The notes below the pieces were generated by a model. That model worked only from the letters and a program-made list of their open reading frames with translations. It was not told where the DNA came from and searched no databases. Shown piece by piece: positions 50,368 to 60,353 of a DNA stretch of 64,000 bases. How positions within the stretch are numbered: the stretch's first letter is position 1; every line of letters begins with the position of its first letter. The stretch is from positions 1-64,000 of the forward strand of contig JANRLD010000070.1 in NCBI GenBank assembly GCA_033762915.1. Reading direction: 5' to 3'. The stretch is from Meiothermus sp. (lineage in GTDB: Bacteria > Deinococcota > Deinococci > Deinococcales > Thermaceae). The position numbers and the translations under genes were made by a program.

Positions 50368-51209
50368 GCCTGGCCTGGCGACGTACCCTACTGCCGCTCC
50401 TGCGCAACCCCCTGGGCCTGCTGGGCCTATTCCTGACCCTGCTGGTGCTGCTCGGGGCCCTGCTGGCCCCGCTGCTGGCCCCCTACGACCCGGTGCGGCA
50501 GGACATCCTGGCCCGGCTCTCGGGGCCGACCGGGTCGCACTGGCTGGGCACCGACCAGTTCGGGCGCGACCTGCTCTCGCGCATCCTGTTCGGCTTCCGC
50601 AACTCCCTGCTGGTGGCCTTCAGCTCGGTGCTGATCGCGGTGGTGGTGGGGACGCTGCTGGGGGTCTCGGCGGCCTACGTGGGGGGCCGCTACGACCGGG
50701 CGGTGATGCGCCTGATGGACGTGCTGCTGGCCTTCCCGATCATCCTGCTGGCCATCGGGATTATCGCCATGCTGGGGCCGAGCCAGTGGAACGCGGCCCT
50801 GGCAATTGGGGTGGTCTACATCCCCACCTTCGCCCGGCTGACTCGAGGCCCGGCCCTGGTGGTGCGCAACACCGACTACGTGCAGGCCGCGGTGGCGATC
50901 GGGGCGGGCAACCGCCGGGTGATCCTGCGCCACATCCTGCCCAACCTGGCCTCGGTGATCCTGGTGCAGACCACCCTGGCCCTTTCCACCGCCATCCTGG
51001 TGGAGTCGTCGCTGGCCTTCCTGGGCCTGGGCACCCAGCCCCCCAACCCCTCGCTGGGCCAGATGCTCTCCGAGGGCCGACCCTACCTGACCTTATCCCC
51101 CTGGACCTCGGTCTTCTCCGGGCTGGCCATCCTGGTGGCCTCGCTGGGCTTCAACCTGCTGGGCGACACCCTGCGCGACACCCTTGACCCACGCTTACGC
51201 GGGCATTAA
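50364..51209 (+). CDS. Peptide/nickel ABC permease (DppC-like)
   Basis: LGTDQFGRD, HILPN, LGDTLRD. Confidence 0.95.
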   Translation: MSLAWRRTLLPLLRNPLGLLGLFLTLLVLLGALLAPLLAPYDPVRQDILARLSGPTGSHWLGTDQFGRDLLSRILFGFRNSLLVAFSSVLIAVVVGTLLGVSAAYVGGRYDRAVMRLMDVLLAFPIILLAIGIIAMLGPSQWNAALAIGVVYIPTFARLTRGPALVVRNTDYVQAAVAIGAGNRRVILRHILPNLASVILVQTTLALSTAILVESSLAFLGLGTQPPNPSLGQMLSEGRPYLTLSPWTSVFSGLAILVASLGFNLLGDTLRDTLDPRLRGH

Positions 51210-51228
51210 TGCCCGTTATGATGGCGGC

Positions 51229-52641
51229 ATGACCAAGGACGAGTTTAAGAAGCTCGGCTACGAACTGGTGGACTTCGTGGCGGAGTACCGGGAGCGCCTC
51301 GAGACCCTGCCCGTCCAGGCCCCCGCCGAGCCGGGGCAGATCAAAGCGCTGTTCGCAAAATCACCCCCGCAAAAACCTGAGGGGTTCGGGGGGATTCAAG
51401 AGGAGTTGCGGGCCCTCGAGCCGGGCCTGACCGGCTGGCAAAGCCCCAATTTCTACGCCTGGTTCCCCTCCAACGCGCCGCTGCACTCGGTGCTGGCCGA
51501 CCTGGTGGTAACCGGTTGGGGCAACACCGGCATCACCTGGCTGGCCTCGCCCGCCCTGACCGAGGTCGAGGAGGTGATGACCGACTGGATGCGCCAGATG
51601 CTGGGCCTGAGTGAAGCCTTCCAGGGGGTGATCCACGACACCGCCTCTACCGCGACTTTCGTGGCGATGCTCTGCGCGCGCGAGCGCTCCACCGACCTCA
51701 GCTTCGAGCGCGGAGGCCTGCAGGCCGAGCCCAAGCCGCTGGTGGTCTACGCCTCGGCCCAGTCGCACAGCTCGGTCCCGAAGGGCGTTTTGCTGGCCGG
51801 CTTCGGACGCGAGAACCTGAGGTTCGTGGAGCTCGACGAGAGCTTCGACATGAGGGCGGACGCCCTCGAGGCCGCCATCGCGGCCGACATCGCGGCGGGA
51901 AAGCAGCCCAGCGCGGTGATCGTGGCGATCGGGACGACCGGAACCACGGCCTTCGACCCCCTGGAGGCCATTGGGCCCATCGCCCGGAAGTACGGCCTGT
52001 GGGTCCACGTCGACGCCGCCATGGCCGGCAGCGCCATGATCCTGCCGGAGATGCGACACCTCTGGGCCGGCGTGGAGGGGGCTGACTCGATCTGCCTGAA
52101 CCCGCACAAGTGGCTGGGCGTGGGCTTCGACTGCACCCTCTACTACGTCCGCGACCCCGAGCTGCTGATCCGGGTGATGTCCACCAACCCCTCCTACCTC
52201 CAGTCCGCCGCCGACGGGCGAATCAAGAACTACAAGGACTGGGGCATCCAGCTGGGGCGACGATTCCGGGCCCTTAAGCTGTGGTTCGCCCTCAAGGCCG
52301 AGGGCGTGGAGGGCCTGCAGGCCAGGCTGCGGCGCGACCTGGAGAATGCGAGGTGGCTCGAGGCGGAAATCCGCCAGACCCCCGGCTGGCGGCTGCTCTC
52401 CCCTGTCCGCCTGCAAACCCTCTGCTTCCGCCACGAGCCCGAAGGGATGTCGCCCGAACAGATCAGCGGGCACAACAAAGCCTGGGTGGAGCGCCTCAAC
52501 AGCTCGGGCAAGGCCATGCTGACCTCGGCCATGCTGGGCGGCGGGTGGATGGCTCGGGTCTCGGTCGGTACGCTGCACCAGGAGCGCGAGCACGTGGCCG
52601 AGCTGTGGCGGCTGATGCAGGAGGAGGCGGGAAGGGCGTAG
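51229..52641 (+). CDS. Group II PLP-dependent (aromatic-L-amino-acid-type) decarboxylase
   Basis: HVDAAMAG, NPHKWL, GRRFRALKLW. Confidence 0.93.
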   Translation: MTKDEFKKLGYELVDFVAEYRERLETLPVQAPAEPGQIKALFAKSPPQKPEGFGGIQEELRALEPGLTGWQSPNFYAWFPSNAPLHSVLADLVVTGWGNTGITWLASPALTEVEEVMTDWMRQMLGLSEAFQGVIHDTASTATFVAMLCARERSTDLSFERGGLQAEPKPLVVYASAQSHSSVPKGVLLAGFGRENLRFVELDESFDMRADALEAAIAADIAAGKQPSAVIVAIGTTGTTAFDPLEAIGPIARKYGLWVHVDAAMAGSAMILPEMRHLWAGVEGADSICLNPHKWLGVGFDCTLYYVRDPELLIRVMSTNPSYLQSAADGRIKNYKDWGIQLGRRFRALKLWFALKAEGVEGLQARLRRDLENARWLEAEIRQTPGWRLLSPVRLQTLCFRHEPEGMSPEQISGHNKAWVERLNSSGKAMLTSAMLGGGWMARVSVGTLHQEREHVAELWRLMQEEAGRA

Positions 52642-52680
52642 AGGGTCGAGGGCAGGGGGCCGAGCACAGGGGGCAGAGGA

Positions 52681-52720
52681 CCAAAAGCCAAAAGCCAAAA
52701 GCCAAAAGCCAAAAGCCAAG
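52681..52720 (+). repeat. Heptamer tandem repeat (CCAAAAG)x5
   Basis: Read directly from the sequence. Confidence 0.95.
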
Positions 52721-52752
52721 AAACACCCCTCCCCTATCCTCCCCCTCCACCC

Positions 52753-53433
52753 ATGAGCGACCCACCGCCCGCCGCCCACTTCCGTCCTCTCCTCACCGAC
52801 GACGGCTCGAGCACCCTGATCCACCCGGTGTTCAACGAGGCGTACAGCAGCAAACACGGGGCCTGGATGCAGGCCAGAGAGCTGTACCTCAAGCTCACCC
52901 AGACCCACCTGCACCCCGCGCCCAGAGTCCTCGAGGTTGGGTTCGGGCTGGGGGTGAACTTCCGGGCCACCCTCGAGGACTGCCTCAGCCGGGGGGCGCG
53001 GATCGAGTACCTGAGCTACGAGCTGTTCCCGGCCCCGCTGGAGGCGCTGTCGTCGGTGCAGGTACCGACATCCGCCGCCCAGGAAGTCTGGGAGCAGGTT
53101 CTGCGGCTCTGGCCGCCCGCCTCGAGCTTTGTCCTGGACGGCGGGTGGGGGCGGCTCGAGCTGCGCCTAGAGGACGCGACTCGAGCCGAGTTCCGCCCTG
53201 GCTGGGCCACGGCCGTCTACTTCGACCCCTTCAGCCCGGACGTAAACCCCGAGCCGTGGGGGCTCGAGACGCTCAAAGCAGCTTACGCCGCCTGCCAGGA
53301 CGGGGCCACGCTAGCCACCTACTCCGTCCAGGGCCAGTTCCGTCGCGCCCTGGTCGAGGCCGGTTTCAAGGTACAAAAAGTCCCGGGCGTGGGCAAAAAG
53401 CAGTGGACCATGGCCAGAAAATCAGGACGCTGA
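52753..53433 (+). CDS. mnmD: tRNA mnm5s2U34 methyltransferase MnmD (stand-alone MnmC methyltransferase domain)
   Basis: TDDGSST, LEVGFGLGVN, FDPFSPDVNPE, LATYS. Confidence 0.88.
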   Translation: MSDPPPAAHFRPLLTDDGSSTLIHPVFNEAYSSKHGAWMQARELYLKLTQTHLHPAPRVLEVGFGLGVNFRATLEDCLSRGARIEYLSYELFPAPLEALSSVQVPTSAAQEVWEQVLRLWPPASSFVLDGGWGRLELRLEDATRAEFRPGWATAVYFDPFSPDVNPEPWGLETLKAAYAACQDGATLATYSVQGQFRRALVEAGFKVQKVPGVGKKQWTMARKSGR

Positions 53434-54663
53434 ATCCGGCTGGCCTTCGGCCTTCGACCCGGCGACCGCGCTCTGATCTTCGGCTTTTCGGCTTTCCGCT
53501 TCGCGATTCTTGCCGCCCGCCTTCTTGCCCCACTTCTTCAGAAAATCCTCCCGGGTCACGTACCCCAGCTGCGCCAGCGGCAGGGAGCGCTTGGGCAGCT
53601 CGCCCTTGTACAGCCACAGGAACCACGAGCTGGCCAGACCGCCGATCAGGCGCTGGTGCCAGGTGACGGGGGCCAGGTTAAAGCCGAAGACCTTGAGGGC
53701 GGTGGCGGCCTGGGAGATGCCCCATAGCCCCTTAACCTCGGGCATGGCCTCGAGCCGCTCGGCCAGCAGGCGAAAGCCCTTCTGGGTTTCGCGCAGGGTC
53801 TGCATAGGGGCCATGGCGGGGGTGCGTACCGAGTCGAGGTGCAGCTCGAGGCTCACGTCCCCGACCGCCAGACCCTCCTGAGGCGGGCCGGGGAAGGGCA
53901 CTTTGGAGTAAGAGAGGAAGTCGAAAACCCCGTAGCCCAGGCGTTGCACGTGGTGCTTGAGGAAATAGCCCTCGTGGCCGCCCTGGTTGGCCCGCATCAG
54001 CCCCTCGCGCCAGCCGACGGGCCTCAGCTCCATCTCGTCGAGCCGTACCGGCTGGTAGCCAGCCGCCTTGAGCCGGGGCAGGATGAGCCTCAGGATTTCC
54101 AAGGTCTGAGGGAAAGCCGAGTTGTCGTGCAGCAGAATCACCGAGCCGGGGCGGGTCCAGAAGACGATGCGCTCGGCCAGGGCCTGGGGGTCTTGGGTGG
54201 TCCAGTCCCTGGACTCCACGTCCCACAGCGCCACCTGCTTGCCCGCCGCTCGAGCCAGCAGCCGGGTGAAGGGCGAGTGGATGCCGTGGGGCGGGCGGTA
54301 CAGTTTGCCCGGAACCCGCCCGATCGAGTCGGCCTCCTGCCAGGGCCACAGGAAGAAGGCGGGCCGGTGAACCTGCCCGTGCGACTCGAGCTGGTGCCCC
54401 TCGGCGCGGATGGCCTCGAGCAGCTCGGGGTGCTGGTCGGCTTGCGATCCCAGGACGAAGAAGGTGGCCTTGAGGTCGTGCTGGCGCAGCAGCTCGAGAA
54501 TTGAGCGGGTGTGCTGGCCTGGCCCGTCGTCGAAGGTCAGGGCGATCTTGGGGCTGCTGCGGCTGCCCCAGGCCAGCGACCCCACCCCCATCCAGCGGTG
54601 GGCCACCTCGGCGTAGAGGTAGAAAGCGGCGGCGATGAGAATCAGGGCGAGAAGGAGTTCCAT
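53422..54663 (-). CDS. Polysaccharide deacetylase with a C-terminal YkoP-like domain
   Basis: TFDDGP, ATFFVLG, RPPHG, LLHD, ELHLD. Confidence 0.9.
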   Translation of the reverse strand: MELLLALILIAAAFYLYAEVAHRWMGVGSLAWGSRSSPKIALTFDDGPGQHTRSILELLRQHDLKATFFVLGSQADQHPELLEAIRAEGHQLESHGQVHRPAFFLWPWQEADSIGRVPGKLYRPPHGIHSPFTRLLARAAGKQVALWDVESRDWTTQDPQALAERIVFWTRPGSVILLHDNSAFPQTLEILRLILPRLKAAGYQPVRLDEMELRPVGWREGLMRANQGGHEGYFLKHHVQRLGYGVFDFLSYSKVPFPGPPQEGLAVGDVSLELHLDSVRTPAMAPMQTLRETQKGFRLLAERLEAMPEVKGLWGISQAATALKVFGFNLAPVTWHQRLIGGLASSWFLWLYKGELPKRSLPLAQLGYVTREDFLKKWGKKAGGKNREAESRKAEDQSAVAGSKAEGQPDSAS

Positions 54664-54756
54664 AGGCGAATTGGGCTCGAGTCTCGGCCCGCTCCATCAT
54701 AAGCCGTCGGCGCAGCGCAGCCTCCCGATTCCCGGTCGTGCGCGGTTTGGGCTGGC

Positions 54757-56145
54757 CTAAGCCGCCGCCGGCACCGGCAGCCGCACCTGGAAGCGGGTAT
54801 CGCCCGGCTTGCTCTGGAGCCTGACCGTCCCGCCGTGTTGCTGCACGATGCGGCGCACCATCTCGAGGCCCAGCCCGGTGCCCTTACCCACCTCCTTGGT
54901 GGTGAAAAAGGCGTCGAAGATACGGCCCTGGATCTCGGGGGGAATGCCGGGGCCGCTGTCGCCGATCTCGACCAGAATTTGGCCACCCTCGCGGGCCGTG
55001 CGAATGCGCAATGTGCCGCCCTCCCCCATCGCGTCGAGGGCGTTGTCGATCAGGTTCGTCCAGACCTGGTTGATCTCCGAGGCGTAGAGGTCGACCTTGG
55101 GCAGGTTCTTGGCGTAGTCGCGCTCGAGCCGGATCCCCTTCTTCAGCTTGTAGCCGAAAATGGCGATGGTGGACTCGAGGCCGTCGTGGATGTCCAGCTC
55201 CTGCTTGGGCATCTGATCCATGTGGGTGTAGCCCTTGATGGCCTTGACCAAACCCGCGATGCGCTCGGTGGAGTCCTGGATCACGCCCAGTTGCGACCGC
55301 GTGCGGATGCTGGCCTCGAGCCAGGCCCAGACCATCGGCAGGGTGGCGGGGTCGGCGATCTCGTGCTTGAGGTGGCTTAGGGCCTCGAGCCAGTCCACCG
55401 TTACGCCTGCATCGGCCCAGGTGGCGGCCTTATCCCAGGCCGCGGCGGCGCCGTGCCCCTCGAGCCAACCGCCCAGCTCGTCCTCGAGGTCGGCCCGCTC
55501 CATCGCGCTCAACAGGCGGGGCCGTAGGGTCTGCAGGTGCCCCAGGAGGAGCTCCATCCCGTCGGCGCCCAGCCGCTGGCCCACGCGGGCGGTGGTGAGC
55601 TCGAGGTCGTTGAAGGCCTCGAGCAGGCCCGCCGAGGCCCGCTTGGCCGCCGAGGCGGGGTTGTTCAGCTCGTGGGCCAGACCCGCCGAGAGCTTGCCCA
55701 GCGAGGCCAGCTTCTCCTGGCGCAGCTCCTGCTGGCTCCAGTTGCGTACCCGGTCGGTGAGCATCCCCACCAGGCGCTGACCCAGCGCCGGTATGGCGTT
55801 GAGCATCGGCATAAAGTCGGGCTTGTAGATCGAGAGGGTCTGCATGGGGGTGAGGGCACGCCCCATGCCCACGAAGTGGGTCATCCGCGAGAAGGGCAGC
55901 AGGCCAGTCACACTCCCCGGCTCTATGATTAGAGACTCGGTGCTGGTGGGGAAGCGGAACTCGAGCCGGCCCGCCAACATGATCACCATCTTGTCGGCGG
56001 GGGCACCCTGTTCCACGGGCACCGCGCCCACCGGGAACTCCTCATACCGCCCGTTCTCGATCAACCAGTCCAGCTCTTGATCGCTCAGGTCGGCCAGGAT
56101 GGGTACTGCGCGGAGTTGCTCGAGGGGGGGTCGGGGCTTGGTCAT
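54757..56145 (-). CDS. cNMP-binding domain histidine kinase
   Basis: AHELNNP, NLIDNA, DSGPGI, TTKEVGKGTGLGL. Confidence 0.93.
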   Translation of the reverse strand: MTKPRPPLEQLRAVPILADLSDQELDWLIENGRYEEFPVGAVPVEQGAPADKMVIMLAGRLEFRFPTSTESLIIEPGSVTGLLPFSRMTHFVGMGRALTPMQTLSIYKPDFMPMLNAIPALGQRLVGMLTDRVRNWSQQELRQEKLASLGKLSAGLAHELNNPASAAKRASAGLLEAFNDLELTTARVGQRLGADGMELLLGHLQTLRPRLLSAMERADLEDELGGWLEGHGAAAAWDKAATWADAGVTVDWLEALSHLKHEIADPATLPMVWAWLEASIRTRSQLGVIQDSTERIAGLVKAIKGYTHMDQMPKQELDIHDGLESTIAIFGYKLKKGIRLERDYAKNLPKVDLYASEINQVWTNLIDNALDAMGEGGTLRIRTAREGGQILVEIGDSGPGIPPEIQGRIFDAFFTTKEVGKGTGLGLEMVRRIVQQHGGTVRLQSKPGDTRFQVRLPVPAAA

Positions 56146-56229
56146 AGGACTCCCGGAGAGGGGAAAGTGGCTGAGGGCTATTCTTGCGCGGAGCGGGGAC
56201 GGAATTGTGAGCCAGGGCGTCGGGCTGCC

Positions 56230-56727
56230 CTACCCTTTGCCCGCCACTCCGCTCCTGGGCTCCCTGTCGGGCCAGTACACCGCCTCGAGTTCCCTCAGGC
56301 CCTCCAGGCGCATGCCGTCCTCGCGGACGAACTCGAGGCGTACCAGCTGCCCGGTCTCCCGGTGGCGCAGCTCGAGCGGGCGGCCCTTGGGGTTGGGGAG
56401 GTGTCGCTCGGCCCACTGGCTCATGGCGATCAGGGTGGGAAACAGCGCCGCGCCCTTGCGGGTGAGCTTGTACTCCATGCGGGTGCGCTGGCCCACCTCC
56501 CGGTAGGGCACCCGCTCCATCAGGCCATGCTCGACCAGCCTGGACAGGCGGTCGGTCAAAATGTTGCGGGCCACCCCCAGGTGAAAGCGCATCTCCTCGA
56601 AGCGCTGCACCCCGTAGAAGGCCTCGCGCAGCACCAGCATTGTCCAGTACTCGCCAATGATTTCCAGCGTCCGGACCATCGGGCACTCTTCGACAGCGAC
56701 GGGGGTGGGCTGAATGGCTCGAGGCAC
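56230..56727 (-). CDS. HxlR-family winged-HTH regulator
   Basis: CPM...IGEYWTMLVLRE and EYKLTRKG; GTG start 5 nt after TATACT. Confidence 0.9.
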   Translation of the reverse strand: MPRAIQPTPVAVEECPMVRTLEIIGEYWTMLVLREAFYGVQRFEEMRFHLGVARNILTDRLSRLVEHGLMERVPYREVGQRTRMEYKLTRKGAALFPTLIAMSQWAERHLPNPKGRPLELRHRETGQLVRLEFVREDGMRLEGLRELEAVYWPDREPRSGVAGKG

Positions 56728-56810
56728 GCCCCAGTATACCCAGGGTTGCAAATCGAAACTGAGGCCGGTATCCTGGGTTCTGAAAAACAACCCAGACTCG
56801 AGGTGTCCTC

Positions 56811-57347
56811 ATGAACGAGCCCCACCGCAAAGACGAGCTGATCGCGGCCCTGCGACAGACGGGCGACGCCATCACCACCTACTTCTCCGCCCTCCCCCGC
56901 GAGCGCTTTTTCGCGGGCACGGAGAAAGCGTGGTCGGCGGCCCACCACCTCCAGCACCTCACCCAGTCCAACAGACCCGTGGCGATGGGGCTAGGCCTGC
57001 CCAAGCTGCTGCTCAAGATCGCGGTGCTGGGCAAGGCCCCCCAGGCCAGCCGCAGCTACGGCGAAGTCCGCGGGCTGTACCGCGCCGCCCTGGCGGCCGG
57101 CCGGGCGCAGGCCACAGGCCGCTACGCGCCCAGGCTCGAGACCGACCAGCAGGCCCAGGTTGTCCAGGACTTCGCCGCCGCCGCCGAGAGCGTGGCCGCT
57201 GCGGCCGAGCGGTGGAGCGAGGACGACCTCGACGCCCACGCCATGCCCCACCCGGTCCTGGGCCAGCTGAGCGCGCGCGAGATGCTGTTCTTCACCCTCT
57301 ACCACAACTCGCACCACCTGGAAGGGGTGCGGGCGAGGAGCGGTTAA
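56811..57347 (+). CDS. DinB family protein
   Basis: WSAAHHLQHL, HPVLG, HNSHH. Confidence 0.88.
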   Translation: MNEPHRKDELIAALRQTGDAITTYFSALPRERFFAGTEKAWSAAHHLQHLTQSNRPVAMGLGLPKLLLKIAVLGKAPQASRSYGEVRGLYRAALAAGRAQATGRYAPRLETDQQAQVVQDFAAAAESVAAAAERWSEDDLDAHAMPHPVLGQLSAREMLFFTLYHNSHHLEGVRARSG

Positions 57348-57391
57348 AGGGCAACGGCGGCAGCTATCCTCTGGCTTTCTGCCGCCCTTAC

Positions 57392-58012
57392 CTACACCCC
57401 AAGCTCTTCTGCCAGCCGCCGTACCGCCTCGAGGTCGGTCTTGGGGCCGTGGCCCACGTAGATGTCCTGCACCTCGAGCCGCGAGATTTTGCCCACGCTG
57501 CGGCGGACGCCCTCGGGGTCGGCGTTCACCCGGTCGGGGGGCAGTTCGGGGCCTTTGCCCCCCACCCGCAGGGCGTCGGCGGCAATCAGCAGCCCATCGC
57601 GCATGATCCCGATCTGCCCCGGCGTGTGACCCGGCAGGTGGACCACCGTCCAGCCCATCACCCGGTCGCCGTGCTCCACGGTGGTGATGACGTGCTGGGG
57701 CAGGGGGTCGACCCGGTTGGCCATCCAGTCGCCAATCAGGGGCATGGGCATGGGCGGCCGGCGCTCCTTGCCCAGCAGGAAACCCAGGTCGCCCCGGTGG
57801 GCGTAGATCAGCAGCCGGTAGCGCTCGTACAGCATCAGCGCCCCGCCCGCGTGGTCGAGGTGGTGGTGGGTGAGCAGCAGCGCGACGGGCTGCGCATCGT
57901 CCAGCAGCCTCTGGAGTTTGCCCTTCTCCCACGGTGCGCCGCTGTCCACCAGCAGCGGGCCGCTGGGGGTGTCCAGCAAATAAGCGTTGGCGGCTAGGTG
58001 GAATATCTGCAT
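57392..58012 (-). CDS. Metallo-beta-lactamase fold hydrolase
   Basis: THHHLDHAG, PGHTPG, VGHG. Confidence 0.93.
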   Translation of the reverse strand: MQIFHLAANAYLLDTPSGPLLVDSGAPWEKGKLQRLLDDAQPVALLLTHHHLDHAGGALMLYERYRLLIYAHRGDLGFLLGKERRPPMPMPLIGDWMANRVDPLPQHVITTVEHGDRVMGWTVVHLPGHTPGQIGIMRDGLLIAADALRVGGKGPELPPDRVNADPEGVRRSVGKISRLEVQDIYVGHGPKTDLEAVRRLAEELGV

Positions 58013-58017
58013 TTAGC

Positions 58018-58482
58018 CTAGCTTATCCGCGCTTCGACCTTAAAACTGTCCAAAATAGCCTCGAGCCTCCGCCGATTCTGGGCGAAGCGGCTGGGCATGG
58101 CCGAGACTGTAACCACATAGACCCTATCGCCGTGCAACTCAAAGCGCTTGAGCAGGTGCATCTTGTGCACAATGTCCTGGGTCAGCTCGAGGGTGACGCG
58201 GCCCTCCTCGTCGTGGCGCTGAACGAGCTTCCACATCTTGCGGTAAGTCTTGAGCGAGCGCTCCACATACTCAGCCAGGCCGGGCGCTTCCATCCGGCTG
58301 GCCACCACCTGCAGCCTGGCCTCGGGCCGGTCACCGTTGGCGCTGCGCTCCGGGCTCTCGGCCATCACGCGGGAGATTTTGTCCTCCACCAACAGCCAGC
58401 CCTCGGGCAGGCTGACGTGGAAACCGAACAGCGGGTCGTGAATCTGGCCGGTGGCGGGGTCAAGAAGGGGGACTCGGCTCAT
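58018..58482 (-). CDS. Hypothetical protein (PsbP/DcrB-like fold possible)
   Basis: VSLPEGW...ILDSFKV pattern. Confidence 0.6.
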   Translation of the reverse strand: MSRVPLLDPATGQIHDPLFGFHVSLPEGWLLVEDKISRVMAESPERSANGDRPEARLQVVASRMEAPGLAEYVERSLKTYRKMWKLVQRHDEEGRVTLELTQDIVHKMHLLKRFELHGDRVYVVTVSAMPSRFAQNRRRLEAILDSFKVEARIS

Positions 58483-58606
58483 AAAAACTCGGACAGAGTT
58501 TACCGCAACGGGGATTTTTGAGGGAGGAGGGCCCCTCATCCAGAGGTGGTGCGCAAGCCACTCACCGACCGCACCGAACCCGCCCGGCGGCCACGGCCCC
58601 TCGACT

Positions 58607-59017
58607 TCACCTGTCCAAAGGCCGCCCGCCCAGATACTTCGAGAAGCGCAGCAGGTAGCCGTCGGGGTCTTGCACCAGGAACTCGGCCTCGCCGATCTCC
58701 TCCCCCTTTACCCTGCGCCAGGTCTCGTAGGGCGGGCGGTAAAGGGGGTAGTCGATGGCCCTTAGGGCCGCCAGCATCGGCGATAGGTCCTCGACCTCGA
58801 GCTGAAAGTTGACGCCGCGCCCGAAGGGCTGCACCAACTCGCCGGTGTTCCAGCCGGTCTCGTGGAACTGCTCGAGCATTAGTTGCGCCCCCTGTAGGCT
58901 CAGGAACGCGAACCCCTCGCGCCCATACTCGAGGCGGAAGCCCAGGCGGAGGTAGAACTCGAGGCTGCGCCCGAGGTCGCTGACAGTGAGTTCGGGGATT
59001 AGGGCGTTAAAGTTCAA
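58607..59017 (-). CDS. VOC/bleomycin-resistance family protein
   Basis: LIPELTVSDL, PFGRGVNFQ, VQDPDGYLLRF; TTG start after AGGAGG. Confidence 0.9.
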   Translation of the reverse strand: MNFNALIPELTVSDLGRSLEFYLRLGFRLEYGREGFAFLSLQGAQLMLEQFHETGWNTGELVQPFGRGVNFQLEVEDLSPMLAALRAIDYPLYRPPYETWRRVKGEEIGEAEFLVQDPDGYLLRFSKYLGGRPLDR

Positions 59018-59086
59018 GGCAGCCCTCCTTGCGGGCAAGGCGGCGCCGAGGGCAGTCCCTCGGCGCCTGGGGGTTGGGGGTGGGGC

Positions 59087-60007
59087 CTACCTACAGGTGT
59101 CGCTCTCGACCCGGAACCACCGGTTACCGTTCAGGAAGGTCTTGCCGTCCTCGACGGTGACCCGGATGCGCTCGGTGGACCCGCCCTGCGAGACCAGAAC
59201 CAGGGTCGCGCCCTGCGCGGTGGCCGACTCGACGCGCCAGCGCCCGCCGTCCCGATCCTGGCCGCCGCTCGAGGCGTTGGCCCCTGGCACGTTGATGGTG
59301 GCGAGCGAGGAGCGGAAGAAGGCGAAGGAGCCGTCGGAACAGAGGTGCAGGGTGGCCTCGTCGGAGATGCCGCCGCCCGCGCCGCCGTTGTAGCTCGAGA
59401 AGTAGCGCAGCATCATCCCGGCCAGCAGGCCGTTCCACTCCTTGGCGGGGCCGGCGGCGGCGGGCTGCTGGGCCGGCCGCTGGGGCTGCTGGGCCTGGGG
59501 CGCGGCAAAGCGGGCCGAGGCGGCCAGACCCTCAAGCAGTTGCCCGTACAGCCGCTCGTTCTTTTGCGGCCCGGCGTAGAAGAAGATCACATGGCTCTTG
59601 GCCGGCCCCAGCAGTGCAATGGCGCGGCCCACGTACTGCGGGTTGAGGTAGCGGGCGCTGATTTTGGAGCCCTGCACGCTGGGCGCAGCAGTGGGTCGCA
59701 GTACCACGCCGCCGCCCAGGTCTTGCTCCTCGCGCAGCAGGCCGACCACCTGGGCCTGGGTCTGGTTCTGCAGCAGGATCGCCAGCCCCACCCCCTCCAC
59801 GGTCTCAGAGCCGAGCACCAGCACCGACTGGCCCCCCTCCTTCTTGAACACGCCCAGCCACCCCGCAGGCAGGTTGAAGGTCAGGCCGTGCGCGCTGGAC
59901 TGGACTCGAGCGCCCGCAGCGTATTGCTGGTCGGGCCTCAGCTCGGCCTGGGCCAGGGCGCAACCGAGGGCGGCGGTCAGTAGGGTCAGGGCGAGGGTGC
60001 GGGTCAT
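59087..60007 (-). CDS. Hypothetical secreted protein
   Basis: Signal peptide ending ALAQ; AAGGAG RBS. Confidence 0.75.
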   Translation of the reverse strand: MTRTLALTLLTAALGCALAQAELRPDQQYAAGARVQSSAHGLTFNLPAGWLGVFKKEGGQSVLVLGSETVEGVGLAILLQNQTQAQVVGLLREEQDLGGGVVLRPTAAPSVQGSKISARYLNPQYVGRAIALLGPAKSHVIFFYAGPQKNERLYGQLLEGLAASARFAAPQAQQPQRPAQQPAAAGPAKEWNGLLAGMMLRYFSSYNGGAGGGISDEATLHLCSDGSFAFFRSSLATINVPGANASSGGQDRDGGRWRVESATAQGATLVLVSQGGSTERIRVTVEDGKTFLNGNRWFRVESDTCR

Positions 60008-60353
60008 GGTCGGTCTCCTTGAGCTATAGTGTGCAGCCGGCCTGGTAACGTGCCGGTAACGAGGCGATCGCCCGCATTGCGCCATCGATCATGGCTCCTC
60101 TCGAGGTCCAGCTTCTGTTGCGGCTACGGACACGCCCCTCCTCGTCGAAGCCGCTCTACCGCCAGGAACCGTGGGGCCCAGCAGAGATCCGCCATCCCGC
60201 CGCACCTTTGTATTGTAGCCAACCTGCCGCACCGGGCAAACCCGCGTTCAGGCTCCGGGGCCTCGAGCCCACAACCCCTGAACCCTTTTGAACGGGGGGT
60301 GTCCTACCTTCATGGCACCAATCCAGACGGGTTGTGTCTTCGGAGGTAAGCAG

